Positions 27,501-41,399 of a stretch of 64,000 bases of DNA are shown one piece after another. How positions within the stretch are numbered: position 1 is the first letter of the stretch; each line of letters opens with the position of its first letter. This DNA comes from Auanema rhodensis (Eukaryota; Animalia; Nematoda): the NCBI GenBank assembly GCA_964057225.1, contig OZ059895.1, forward strand, positions 23,002,001-23,066,000, given 5' to 3'. The notes beneath the pieces are model-generated. The model was not told where the DNA came from. It saw only the letters and a program-made list of their open reading frames with translations, and ran no database searches. A program made the position numbers and the translations under genes.

Positions 27501-28769
27501 TTAAGCTGCGTCGATCTGTGTTATCAGAGATTTGCGCTAGCTTAAAAATGCACCGAGATATCAACTGATATAAGTTCACACTTATATCCTCGATTTTCAC
27601 CCTGAAGAATGTATTTTTTCGTTGAATAACAATGTCCATCGTCTTTGCCTTGAAAAAAGGAATCCAAAAACATCTACTTTTCGCTAAATTATTTTGAAAT
27701 TTTTCGAAAAAATTTTTGTTAAAATGTTTTTGGAAGCAATGTTGAGTGTACATGGAAACTCAACATACACTAATGCATAATTTTTCAAACGATCATAACT
27801 AATTTTTGTATTAAGCGTTTCTCAATGTAGTATAGTGCATTTGATGCGGAATTTTAAGCTGCGTCGATCTGTGTTATCAGATTTGCGCTAGCTTAAAAAT
27901 GCACCGAGATATCAACTGATATAAGTTCACACTTATATCCTCGATTTTCACCCTGAAGAATTAATTTTTTCGTTGAATAACATTGTCCATCGTCTTTGCC
28001 TTGAAAAAAGGAATCTATAAACATCTACTTTTTGCTAAATTATTTTGAAATTTTTTGAAAAAATTTTTGTCAAAATGTTTTTGGAAGCTATGTTGAGTGT
28101 ACATGGAAACTCAACATACACTAATGCATCATTTTTCAAACGATCATAACTAATTTTTGTATTAAGCGTTTCTCAATGTAGTATAGTGCATTCGATGCGG
28201 ATTTTTAAGCTGCGTCGATCTGTGTTATCAGATTTGCGCTAGCTTAAAAATGCACCGAGATATCAACTGATATAAGTTCACACTTATATCCTCGATTTTC
28301 ACCCTAAAGAATTAATTTTTTCGTCGAATAACATTGTCCATCGTCTTTGCCTTGAAAAAAGGAATCTATAAACATCTACTTTTTGCTAAATTATTTTGAA
28401 ATTTTTTGAAAAAATTTTTGTCAAAATGTTTTTGGAAGCTATGTTGAGTGTACATGGAACAACATACACTAATGCATAATTTTTCAAACGATCATAACTA
28501 ATTTTTGTATTAAGCGTTTCTCAATGTAGTATAGTGCATTCGATGCGGATTTTTAAGCTGCGTCGATCTGTGTTATCAGATTTGCGCTAGCTTAAAAATG
28601 CACCGAGATATCAACTGATATAAGTTCACACTTATATCCTCGATTTTCACCCTAAAGAATTAATTTTTTCGTCGAATAACATTGTCCATCGTCTTTGCCT
28701 TGAAAAAAGGAATCTATAAACATCTACTTTTTGCTAAATTATTTTGAAATTTTTTGAAAAAATTTTTGT
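24209..28769 (+). repeat. 9-monomer duplication (3158-bp offset)
   Basis: Monomers at 24209/27367, 24913/28071 (cgtcgaa) and 25264/28422 (3-bp deletion, ggaacaac) match. Confidence 0.8.
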
Positions 28770-31700
28770 CAAAATGTTTTTGGAAGCTATGTTGAGTGTA
28801 CATGGAACAACATACACTAATGCATAATTTTTCAAACGATCATAACTAATTTTTGTATTAAGCGTTTCTCAATGTAGTATAGTGCATTCGATGCGGATTT
28901 TTAAGCTGCGTCGATCTGTGTTATCAGATTTGCGCTAGCTTAAAAATGCACCGAGATATCAACTGATATATGTTCACACTTATATCCTCGATTTTCACCC
29001 TAAAGAATTAATTTTTTCGTTGAATAACATTGTCCATCGTCTTTGCCTTGAAAAAAGGAATCTATAAACATCTACTTTTTGCTAAATTATTTTGAAATTT
29101 TTTGAAAAAATTTTTGTCAAAATGTTTTTGGAAGCTATGTTGAGTGTACATGGAAACTCAACATACACTAATGCATAATTTTTCAAACGATCATAACTAA
29201 TTTTTGTATTAAGCGTTTCTCAATGTAGTATAGTGCATTCGATGCGGATTTTTAAGCTGCGTCGATCTGTGTTATCAGATTTGCGCTAGCTTAAAAATGC
29301 ACCGAGATATCAACTGATATAAGTTCACACTTATATCCTCGATTTTCACCCTGAAGAATTAATTTTTTCGTTGAATAACAATGTCCATCGTCTTTGCCTT
29401 GAAAAAAGGAATCCAAAAACATCTACTTTTCGCTAAATTATTTTGAAATTTTTCGAAAAAATTTTTGTCAAAATGTTTTTGGAAGCAATGTTGAGTGTAC
29501 ATGGAAACTAAACATACACTAATGCATCATTTTTCAAACGATCATAACTAATTTTTCTATAAAGCGTTTCTCAATGTAGTATAGTGCATTCGATGCGGAT
29601 TTTTAAGCTGCGTCGATCTGTGTTATCAGATTTGCGCTAGCTTAAAAATGCACCGAGATATCAACTGATATAAGTTCACACTTATATCCTCGATTTTCAC
29701 TCTAAAGAATTAATTTTTTCGTTGAATAACAATGTCCATCGTCTTTGCCTTGAAAAAAGGAATCCAAAAACATCTACTTTTCGCTAAATTATTTTGAAAT
29801 TTTTCGAAAAAATTTTTGTCAAAATGTTTTTGGAAGCAATGTTGAGTGTACATGGAAACTCAACATACACTAATGCATCATTTTTCAAACGATCATAACT
29901 AATTTTTCTATAAAGCGTTTCTCAATGTAGTATAGTGCATTCGATGCGGATTTTTAAGCTGCGTCGATCTGTGTTATCAGATTTGCGCTAGCTTAAAAAT
30001 GCACCGAGATATCAACTGATATAAGTTCACACTTATATCCTCGATTTTCACCCTAAAGAATTAATTTTTTCGTTGAATAACAATGTCCATCGTCTTTGCC
30101 TTGAAAAAAGGAATCCAAAAACATCTACTTTTCGCTAAATTATTTTGAAATTTTTCGAAAAAATTTTTGTCAAAATGTTTTTGGAAGCAATGTTGAGTGT
30201 ACATGGAAACTCAACATACACTAATGCATCATTTTTCAAACGATCATAACTAATTTTTCTATAAAGCGTTTCTCAATGTAGTATAGTGCATTCGATGCGG
30301 ATTTTTAAGCTGCGTCGATCTGTGTTATCAGAGATTTGCGCTAGCTTAAAAATGCACCGAGATATCAACTGATATAAGTTCACACTTATATCCTCGATTT
30401 TCACCCTGAAGAATTAATTTTTTCGTTGAATAACAATGTCCATCGTCTTTGCCTTGAAAAAAGGAATCCAAAAACATCTACTTTTTGCTAAATTATTTTG
30501 AAATTTTTCGAAAAAAGTTTTGTCAAAATGTTTTTGGAAGCAATGTTGAGTGTACATGGAAACTCAACATACACTAATGCATCATTTTTCAAACGATCAT
30601 AACTAATTTTTCTATAAAGCGTTTCTCAATGTAGTATAGTGCATTCGATGCGGATTTTTAAGCTGCGTCGATCTGTGTTATCAGATTTGCGCTAGCTTAA
30701 AAATGCACCGAGATATCAACTGATATAAGTTCACACTTATATCCTCGATTTTCACCCTAAAGAATTAATTTTTTCGTTGAATAACAATGTCCATCGTCTT
30801 TGCCTTGAAAAAAGGAATCCAAAAACATCTACTTTTTGATAAATTATTTTAAAATTTTTCGAAAAAATTTTTGTCAAAATGTTTTTGGAAGCAATGTTGA
30901 GTGTACATGGAAACTCAACATACACTAATGCATCATTTTTCAAACGATCATAACTAATTTTTCTATAAAGCGTTTCTCAATGTAGTATAGTGCATTCGAT
31001 GCGGATTTTTAAGCTGCGTCGATCTGTGTTATCAGATTTGCGCTAGCTTAAAAATGCACCGAGATATCAACTGATATAAGTTCACACTTATATCCTCGAT
31101 TTTCACCCTAAAGAATTAATTTTTTCGTTGAATAACAATGTCCATCGTCTTTGCCTTGAAAAAAGGAATCCAAAAACATCTACTTTTCGCTAAATTATTT
31201 TGAAATTTTTCGAAAAAATTTTTGTCAAAATGTTTTTGGAAGCAATGTTGAGTGTACATGGAAACTCAACATACACTAATGCATCATTTTTCAAACGATC
31301 ATAACTAATTTTTCTATAAAGCGTTTCTCAATGTAGTATAGTGCATTCGATGCGGATTTTTAAGCTGCGTCGATCTGTGTTATCAGAGATTTGCGCTAGC
31401 TTAAAAATGCACCGAGATATCAACTGATATAAGTTCACACTTATATCCTCGATTTTCACCCTGAAGAATTAATTTTTTCGTTGAATAACAATGTCCATCG
31501 TCTTTGCCTTGAAAAAAGGAATCCAAAAACATCTACTTTTTGCTAAATTATTTTGAAATTTTTCGAAAAAAGTTTTGTCAAAATGTTTTTGGAAGCAATG
31601 TTGAGTGTACATGGAAACTCAACATACACTAATGCATCATTTTTCAAACGATCATAACTAATTTTTCTATAAAGCGTTTCTCAATGTAGTATAGTGCATT

Positions 31701-34700
31701 CGATGCGGATTTTTAAGCTGCGTCGATCTGTGTTATCATATTTGCGCTAGCTTAAAAATGCACCGGGATATCAACTGATATAAGTTCACACTTATATCCT
31801 CGATTTTCACCCTGAAGAATTAATTTTTTCGTTGAATAACAATGTCCATCGTCTTTGCCTTGAAAAAAGGAATCCAAAATATCTTTTTTTTGCTAAATTA
31901 TTTTGAAATTTTTCGAAAAAATTTTTGTCAAAATGTTTTTGGAAGCTATGTTGAGTGTACATGGAAACTCAACATACACTAATGCATAATTTTTCAAACG
32001 ATCATAACTAATTTTTGTATTAAGCGTTTCTCAATGTAGTATAGTGCATTCGATGCGGATTTTTAAGCTGCGTCGATCTGTGTTATCAGATTTGCGCTAG
32101 CTTAAAAATGCACCGAGATATCAACTGATATAAGTTCACACTTATATCCTCGATTTTCACCCTGAAGAATTAATTTTTTCGTTGAATAACATTGTCCATC
32201 GTCTTTGCCTTGAAAAAAGGAATCTAAAAACATCTACTTTTTGATAAATTATTTTAAAATTTTTCGAAAAAATTTTTGTCAAAATGTTTTTGGAAGCAAT
32301 GTTGAGTGTACATGGAAACTCAACATACACTAATGCATCATTTTTTAAACGATCATAACTAATTTTTTTTATTAAGCGTTTTTCAATGTAGTATAGTGCA
32401 TTCGATGCGGATTTTTAAGCTGCGTCGATCTGTGTTATCAGATTTGCGCTAGCTTAAAAATGCACCGAGATATCAACTGATATAAGTTCACACTTATATC
32501 CTCGATTTTCACCCTGAAGAATTAATTTTTTCGTTGAATAACATTGTCCATCGTCTTTGCCTTGAAAAAAGGAATCTAAAAACATCTACTTTTCGCTAAA
32601 TTATTTTGAAATTTTTCGAAAAAAGTTTTGTCAAAATGTTTTTGGAAGCAATGTTGAGTGTACATGGAAACTCAACATACACTAATGCATCATTTTTCAA
32701 ACGATCATAACTAATTTTTCTATAAAGCGTTTCTCAATGTAGTATAGTGCATTCGATGCGGATTTTTAAGCTGCGTCGATCTGTGTTATCATATTTGCGC
32801 TAGCTTAAAAATGCACCGGGATATCAACTGATATAAGTTCACACTTATATCCTCGATTTTCACCCTGAAGAATTAATTTTTTCGTTGAATAACAATGTCC
32901 ATCGTCTTTGCCTTGAAAAAAGGAATCCAAAATATCTTTTTTTTGCTAAATTATTTTGAAATTTTTCGAAAAAATTTTTGTCAAAATGTTTTTGGAAGCA
33001 ATGTTGAGTGTACATGGAAACTCAACATACACTAATGCATCATTTTTCAAACGATCATAACTAATTTTTGTCTTAAGCGTTTCTCAATGTAGTATAGTGC
33101 ATTCGATGCGGATTTTTAAGCTGCGTCGATCTGTGTTATCAGATTTGCGCTAGCTTAAAAATGCACCGGGATATCAACTGATATAAGTTCACACTTATAT
33201 CCTCGATTTTCACCCTGAAGAATTAATTTTTTCGTTGAATAACAATGTCCATCGTCTTTGCCTTAAAAAAAGGAATCCAAAAACATCTACTTTTTGCTAA
33301 ATTATTTTGAAATTTTTCGAAAAAATTTTTGTCAAAATGTTTTTGGAAGCAATGTTGAGTGTACATGGAAACTCAACATACACTAATGCATCATTTTTTA
33401 AACGATCATAACTAATTTTTTTTATTAAGCGTTTTTCAATGTAGTATAGTGCATTCGATGCGGATTTTTAAGCTGCGTCGATCTGTGTTATCAGATTTGC
33501 GCTAGCTTAAAAATGCACCGAGATATCAACTGATATAAGTTCACACTTATATCCTCGATTTTCACCCTGAAGAATTAATTTTTTCGTTGAATAACATTGT
33601 CCATCGTCTTTGCCTTGAAAAAAGGAATCTAAAAACATCTACTTTTCGCTAAATTATTTTGAAATTTTTCGAAAAAATTTTTGTCAAAATAATTTTGGAA
33701 GCAATGTTGAGTGTACATGGAAACTCAACATACACTAATGCATCATTTTTCAAACGATCATAACTAATTTTTTTATAAAGCGTTTCTCAATGTAGTATAG
33801 TGCATTCGATGCGGATTTTTAAGCTGCGTCGATCTGTGTTATCAGATTTGCGCTAGCTTAAAAATGCACCGAGATATCAACTGATATAAGTTCACACTTA
33901 TATCCTCGATTTTCACCCTGAAGAATTAATTTTTTCGTTGAATAACAATGTCCATCGTCTTTGCCTTGAAAAAAGGAATCCAAAAACATCTACTTTTTGC
34001 TAAATTATTTTGAAATTTTTCGAAAAAAGTTTTGTCAAAATGTTTTTGGAAGCAATGTTGAGTGTACATGGAAACTCAACATACACTAATGCATCATTTT
34101 TCAAACGATCATAACTAATTTTTCTATAAAGCGTTTCTCAATGTAGTATAGTGCATTCGATGCGGATTTTTAAGCTGCGTCGATCTGTGTTATCATATTT
34201 GCGCTAGCTTAAAAATGCACCGGGATATCAACTGATATAAGTTCACACTTATATCCTCGATTTTCACCCTGAAGAATTAATTTTTTCGTTGAATAACAAT
34301 GTCCATCGTCTTTGCCTTAAAAAAAGGAATCCAAAAACATCTACTTTTTGCTAAATTATTTTGAAATTTTTCGAAAAAATTTTTGTCAAAATGTTTTTGG
34401 AAGCAATGTTGAGTGTACATGGAAACTCAACATACACTAATGCATCATTTTTCAAACGATCATAACTAATTTTTTTTATTAAGCGTTTTTCAATGTAGTA
34501 TAGTGCATTCGATGCGGATTTTTAAGCTGCGTCGATCTGTGTTATCAGATTTGCGCTAGCTTAAAAATGCACCGAGATATCAACTGATATAAGTTCACAC
34601 TTATATCCTCGATTTTCACCCTGAAGAATTAATTTTTTCGTTGAATAACAATGTCCATCGTCTTTGCCTTGAAAAAAGGAATCCAAAAACATCTACTTTT

Positions 34701-34738
34701 TGCTAAATTATTTTGAAATTTTTCGAAAAAAGTTTTGT

Positions 34739-37546
34739 CAAAATGTTTTTGGAAGCAATGTTGAGTGTACATGGAAACTCAACATACACTAATGCATCAT
34801 TTTTCAAACGATCATAACTAATTTTTCTATAAAGCGTTTCTCAATGTAGTATAGTGCATTCGATGCGGATTTTTAAGCTGCGTCGATCTGTGTTATCATA
34901 TTTGCGCTAGCTTAAAAATGCACCGGGATATCAACTGATATAAGTTCACACTTATATCCTCGATTTTCACCCTGAAGAATTAATTTTTTCGTTGAATAAC
35001 AATGTCCATCGTCTTTGCCTTGAAAAAAGGAATCCAAAAACATCTTTTTTTTGCTAAATTATTTTGAAATTTTTCGAAAAAATTTTTGTCAAAATGTTTT
35101 TGGAAGCAATGTTGAGTGTACATGGAAACTCAACATACACTAATGCATCATTTTTCAAACGATCATAACTAATTTTTGTCTTAAACGTTTCTCATAGTAG
35201 TATAGTGCATTCGATGCGGATTTTTAAGCTGCGTCGATCTGTGTTATCAGATTTGCGCTAGCTTAAAAATGCACCGGGATATCAACTGATATAAGTTCAC
35301 ACTTATATCCTCGATTTTCACCCTGAAGAATTAATTTTTTCGTTGAATAACAATGTCCATCGTCTTTGCCTTAAAAAAAGGAATCCAAAAACATCTACTT
35401 TTTGCTAAATTATTTTGAAATTTTTCGAAAAAATTTTTGTCAAAATGTTTTTGGAAGCAATGTTGAGTGTACATGGAAACTCAACATACACTAATGCATC
35501 ATTTTTCAAACGATCATAACTAATTTTTCTATAAAGCGTTTCTCAATGTAGTATAGTGCATTCGATGCGGATTTTTAAGCTGCGTCGATCTGTGTTATCA
35601 GATTTGCGCTAGCTTAAAAATGCACCGAGATATCAACTGATATAAGTTCACACTTATATCCTCGATTTTCACCCTGAAGAATTAATTTTTTCGTTGAATA
35701 ACAATGTCCATCGTCTTTGCCTTGAAAAAAGGAATCCAAAAACATCTACTTTTTGCTAAATTTTCTTGAAATTTTTCGAAAAAATTTTTGTCAAAATGTT
35801 TTTGGAAGCAATGTTGAGTGTACATGGAAACTCAACATACACTAATGCATCATTTTTCAAACGATCATAACTAATTTTTGTATTAAGCGTTTCTCAATGT
35901 AGTATAGTGCATTCGATGCGGATTTTTAAGCTGCGTCGATCTGTGTTATCAGATCTGCGCTAGCTTAAAAATGCACCGAGATATCAACTGATATAAGTTC
36001 ACACTTATATCCTCGATTTTCACCCTGAAGAATTAGTTTTTTTGTTGAAAAACATTGTCCATCGTCTTTGCCTTGAAAACAGGAATCTAAAAACATCTAC
36101 TTTTTGCTAATATATATTGAAATTTTTCGAAAAAATTTTTGTCAAAATGTTTTTGGAAGCAATGTAGAGTGTACATGGAAACTCAACATACACTAATGCA
36201 TAATTTTTCAAACGATCATAACTAATTTTTCTATAAAGCGTTTCTCAATGTAGTATAGTGCATTCGATGCGGATTTTTAAGCTGCGTCGATCTGTGTTAT
36301 CATATTTGCGCTAGCTTAAAAATGCACCGGGATATCAACTGATATAAGTTCACACTTATATCCTCGATTTTCACCCTGAAGAATTAATTTTTTCGTTGAA
36401 TAACAATGTCCATCGTCTTTGCCTTGAAAAAAGGAATCCAAAAACATCTTTTTTTTGCTAAATTATTTTGAAATTTTTCGAAAAAATTTTTGTCAAAATG
36501 TTTTTGGAAGCAATGTTGAGTGTACATGGAAACTCAACATACACTAATGCATCATTTTTCAAACGATCATAACTAATTTTTGTCTTAAGCGTTTCTCATG
36601 GTAGTATAGTGCATTCGATGCGGATTTTTAAGCTGCGTCGATCTGTGTTATCAGATTTGCGCTAGCTTAAAAATGCACCGGGATATCAACTGATATAAGT
36701 TCACACTTATATCCTCGATTTTCACCCTGAAGAATTAATTTTTTCGTTGAATAACAATGTCCATCGTCTTTGCCTCAAAAAAAGGAATCCAAAAACATCT
36801 ACTTTTTGCTAAATTATTTTGAAATTTTTCGAAAAAATTTTTGTCAAAATGTTTTTGGAAGCAATGTTGAGTGTACATGGAAACTCAACATACACTAATG
36901 CATCATTTTTCAAACGATCATAACTAATTTTTCTATAAAGCGTTTCTCAATGTAGTATAGTGCATTCGATGCGGATTTTTAAGCTGCGTCGATCTGTGTT
37001 ATCAGATTTGCGCTAGCTTAAAAATGCACCGAGATATCAACTGATATAAGTTCACACTTATATCCTCGATTTTCACCCTGAAGAATTAATTTTTTCGTTG
37101 AATAACAATGTCCATCGTCTTTGCCTTGAAAAAAGGAATCCAAAAACATCTACTTTTTGCTAAATTTTCTTGAAATTTTTCGAAAAAATTTTTGTCAAAA
37201 TGTTTTTGGAAGCAATGTTGAGTGTACATGGAAACTCAACATACACTAATGCATCATTTTTCAAACGATCATAACTAATTTTTGTATTAAGCGTTTCTCA
37301 ATGTAGTATAGTGCATTCGATGCGGATTTTTAAGCTGCGTCGATCTGTGTTATCAGATCTGCGCTAGCTTAAAAATGCACCGAGATATCAACTGATATAA
37401 GTTCACACTTATATCCTCGATTTTCACCCTGAAGAATTAGTTTTTTTGTTGAAAAACATTGTCCATCGTCTTTGCCTTGAAAACAGGAATCTAAAAACAT
37501 CTACTTTTTGCTAATATATATTGAAATTTTTCGAAAAAATTTTTGT
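34739..37546 (+). repeat. 4-monomer higher-order repeat x2 (1404-bp period)
   Basis: Markers catattt/ccggga, ctcat(a/g)g, ttttcttg and gaaaacagg recur 1404 bp apart (e.g. monomers at 35792 and 37196). Confidence 0.85.
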
Positions 37547-37897
37547 CAAAATGTTTTTGGAAGCAATGTAGAGTGTACATGGAAACTCAACATACACTAA
37601 TGCATAATTTTTCAAACGATCATAACTAATTTTTGTATTAAGCGTTTCTCAATGTAGTATAGTGCATTCGATGCGGATTTTTAAGCTGCGTCGATCTGTG
37701 TTATCAGATTTGCGCTAGCTTAAAAATGCCCCGAGATATCAACTGATATAAGTTCACACTTATTTCCTCGATTTTCACCCTGAAGAATTAATTTTTTCGT
37801 TGAATAACATTGTCCATCGTCTTTGCCTTAAAAAAAGGAATCTAAAAACATCTACTTTTTGCTAAATTATATTGAAATTTTTCGAAAAAATTTTTGT

Positions 37898-39994
37898 CAA
37901 AATGTTTTTGGAAGCAATGTTGAGTGTACATGGAAACTCAACATACACTAATGCATCATTTTTCAAACGATCATAACTAATTTTTGTATTAAGCGTTTCT
38001 CAATGTAGTATAGTGCATTCGATGCGGATTTTTAAGCTGCGTCGATCTGTGTTATCAGATTTGCGCTAGCTTAAAAATGCACCGAGATATCAACTGATAT
38101 AAGTTCACACTTATATCCTCGATTTTCACCCTAAAGAATTAATTTTTTCGTCGAATAACATTGTCCATCGTCTTTGCCTTGAAAAAAGGAATCTATAAAC
38201 ATCTACTTTTTGCTAAATTATTTTGAAATTTTTTGAAAAAATTTTTGTCAAAATGTTTTTGGAAGCTATGTTGAGTGTACATGGAACAACATACACTAAT
38301 GCATAATTTTTCGAACGATCATAACTAATTTTTGTATTAAGCGTTTCTCAATGTAGTATAGTGCATTCGATGCGGATTTTTAAGCTGCGTCGATCTGTGT
38401 TATCAGATTTGCGCTAGCTTAAAAATGCACCGAGATATCAACTGATATATGTTCACACTTATATCCTCGATTTTCACCCTAAAGAATTAATTATTCCGTT
38501 GAATAACATTGTCCATCGTCTTTGCCTTGAAAAAAGGAATCTATAAACATCTACTTTTTGCTAAATTATTTTGAAATTTTTTGAAAAAATTTTTGTCAAA
38601 ATGTTTTTGGAAGCTATGTTGAGTGTACATGGAAACTCAACATACACTAATGCATAATTTTTCAAACGATCATAAAAAATTTTGGTATTAAGCGTTTCTC
38701 AATGTAGTATAGTGCATTCGATGCGGATTTTTAAGCTGCGTCGATCTGTGTTATCAGATTTGCGCTAGCGTAAAAATGCACCGAGATATCAACTGATATA
38801 AGTTCACACTTATATCCTCGATTTTCACCCTAAAGAATTAATTTTTTCGTCGAATAACATTGTCCATCGTCTTTGCCTTGAAAAAAGGAATCTATAAACA
38901 TCTACTTTTTGCTAAATTATTTTGAAATTTTTTGAAAAAATTTTTGTCAAAATGTTTTTGGAAGCTATGTTGAGTGTACATGGAACAACATACACTAATG
39001 CATAATTTTTCAAACGATCATAACTAATTTTTGTACTAAGCGTTTCTCAATGTAGTATAGTGCATTCGATGCGGATTTTTAAGTTGCGTCGATCTGTGTT
39101 ATCAGATTTGCGCTAGCTTAAAAATGCACCGAGATATCAACTGATATATGTTCACACTTATATCCTCGATTTTCACCCTAAAGAATCAATTTTTTCGTTG
39201 AATAACATTGTCCATCGTCTTCGCCTTGAAAAAAGGAATCTATAAACATCTACTTTTTGCTAAATTATTTTGAAATTTTTTGAAAAAATTTTTGTCAAAA
39301 TGTTTTTGGAAGCTATGTTGAGTGTACATGGAAACTCAACATACACTAATGCATAATTTTTCAAACGATCATAACTAATTTTTGTATTAAGCGTTTCTCA
39401 ATGTAGTATAGTGCATTTGATGCGGAATTTTAAGCTGCGTCGATCTGTGTTATCAGATTTGCGCTAGCTTAAAAATGCACCGAGATATCAACTGATATAA
39501 GTTCACACTTATATCCTCGATTTTCACCCTAAAGAATTAATTTTTTCGTCGAATAACATTGTCCATCGTCTTTGCCTTGAAAAAAGGAATCTATAAACAT
39601 CTACTTTTTGCTAAATTATTTTGAAATTTTTTGAAAAAATTTTTGTCAAAATGTTTTTGGAAGCTATGTTGAGTGTACATGGAACAACATACACTAATGC
39701 ATAATTTTTCAAACGATCATAACTAATTTTTGTACTAAGCGTTTCTCAATGTAGTATAGTGCATTCGATGCGGATTTTTAAGCTGCGTCGATCTGTGTTA
39801 TCAGATTTGCGCTAGCTTAAAAATGCACCGAGATATCAACTGATATATGTTCACACTTATATCCTCGATTTTCACCCTAAAGAATCAATTTTTTCGTTGA
39901 ATAACATTGTCCATCGTCTTCGCCTTGAAAAAAGGAATCTATAAACATCTACTTTTTGCTAAATTATTTTGAAATTTTTTGAAAAAATTTTTGT
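37898..39994 (+). repeat. 2-monomer higher-order repeat x3 (699 bp = 351+348)
   Basis: 3-bp-deletion monomers at 38249, 38948 and 39647 alternate with 'cgtcgaa' monomers. Confidence 0.85.
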
Positions 39995-41399
39995 CAAAAT
40001 GTTTTTGGAAGCTATGTTGAGTGTACATGGAAACTCAACATACACTAATGCATAATTTTTCAAACGATCATAACTAATTTTTGTATTAAGCGTTTCTCAA
40101 TGTAGTATAGTGCATTCGATGCGGATTTTTAAGCTGCGTCGATCTGTGTTATCAGATTTGCGCTAGCTTAAAAATGCACCGAGATATCAACTGATATAAG
40201 TTCACACTTATATCCTCGATTTTCACCCTGAAGAATTAATTTTTTCGTTGAATAACAATGTCCATCGTCTTTGCCTTGAAAAAAGGAATCCAAAAACATC
40301 TACTTTTCGCTAAATTATTTTGAAATTTTTCGAAAAAATTTTTGTCAAAATGTTTTTGGAAGCAATGTTGAGTGTACATGGAAACTAAACATACACTAAT
40401 GCATCATTTTTCAAACGATCATAACTAATTTTTCTATAAAGCGTTTCTCAATGTAGTATAGTGCATTCGATGCGGATTTTTAAGCTGCGTCGATCTGTGT
40501 TATCAGATTTGCGCTAGCTTAAAAATGCACCGAGATATCAACTGATATAAGTTCACACTTATATCCTCGATTTTCACCCTAAAGAATTAATTTTTTCGTT
40601 GAATAACAATGTCCATCGTCTTTGCCTTGAAAAAAGGAATCCAAAAACATCTACTTTTCGCTAAATTATTTTGAAATTTTTCGAAAAAATTTTTGTCAAA
40701 ATGTTTTTGGAAGCAATGTTGAGTGTACATGGAAACTAAACATACACTAATGCATCATTTTTCAAACGATCATAACTAATTTTTCTATAAAGCGTTTCTC
40801 AATGTAGTATAGTGCATTCGATGCGGATTTTTAAGCTGCGTCGATCTGTGTTATCAGATTTGCGCTAGCTTAAAAATGCACCGAGATATCAACTGATATA
40901 AGTTCACACTTATATCCTCGATTTTCACCCTGAAGAATTAATTTTTTCGTTGAATAACAATGTCCATCGTCTTTGCCTTGAAAAAAGGAATCTAAAAACA
41001 TCTACTTTTTGATAAATTATTTTAAAATTTTTCGAAAAAATTTTTGTCAAAATGTTTTTGGAAGCAATGTTGAGTGTACATGGAAACTCAACATACACTA
41101 ATGCATCATTTTTTAAACGATCATAACTAATTTTTTTTATTAAGCGTTTTTCAATGTAGTATAGTGCATTCGATGCGGATTTTTAAGCTGCGTCGATCTG
41201 TGTTATCAGATTTGCGCTAGCTTAAAAATGCACCGAGATATCAACTGATATAAGTTCACACTTATATCCTCGATTTTCACCCTGAAGAATTAATTTTTTC
41301 GTTGAATAACATTGTCCATCGTCTTTGCCTTGAAAAAAGGAATCTAAAAACATCTACTTTTCGCTAAATTATTTTGAAATTTTTCGAAAAAATTTTTGT

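Noticed and set aside
19392-27753. 94-aa and 75-aa minus-strand ORFs as protein-coding genes
   Set aside because: They lie entirely within satellite monomers, are interrupted by stops in nearly all other monomers, have an F/K/N/I-rich composition typical of AT-rich non-coding DNA, and contain no domain I recognise.
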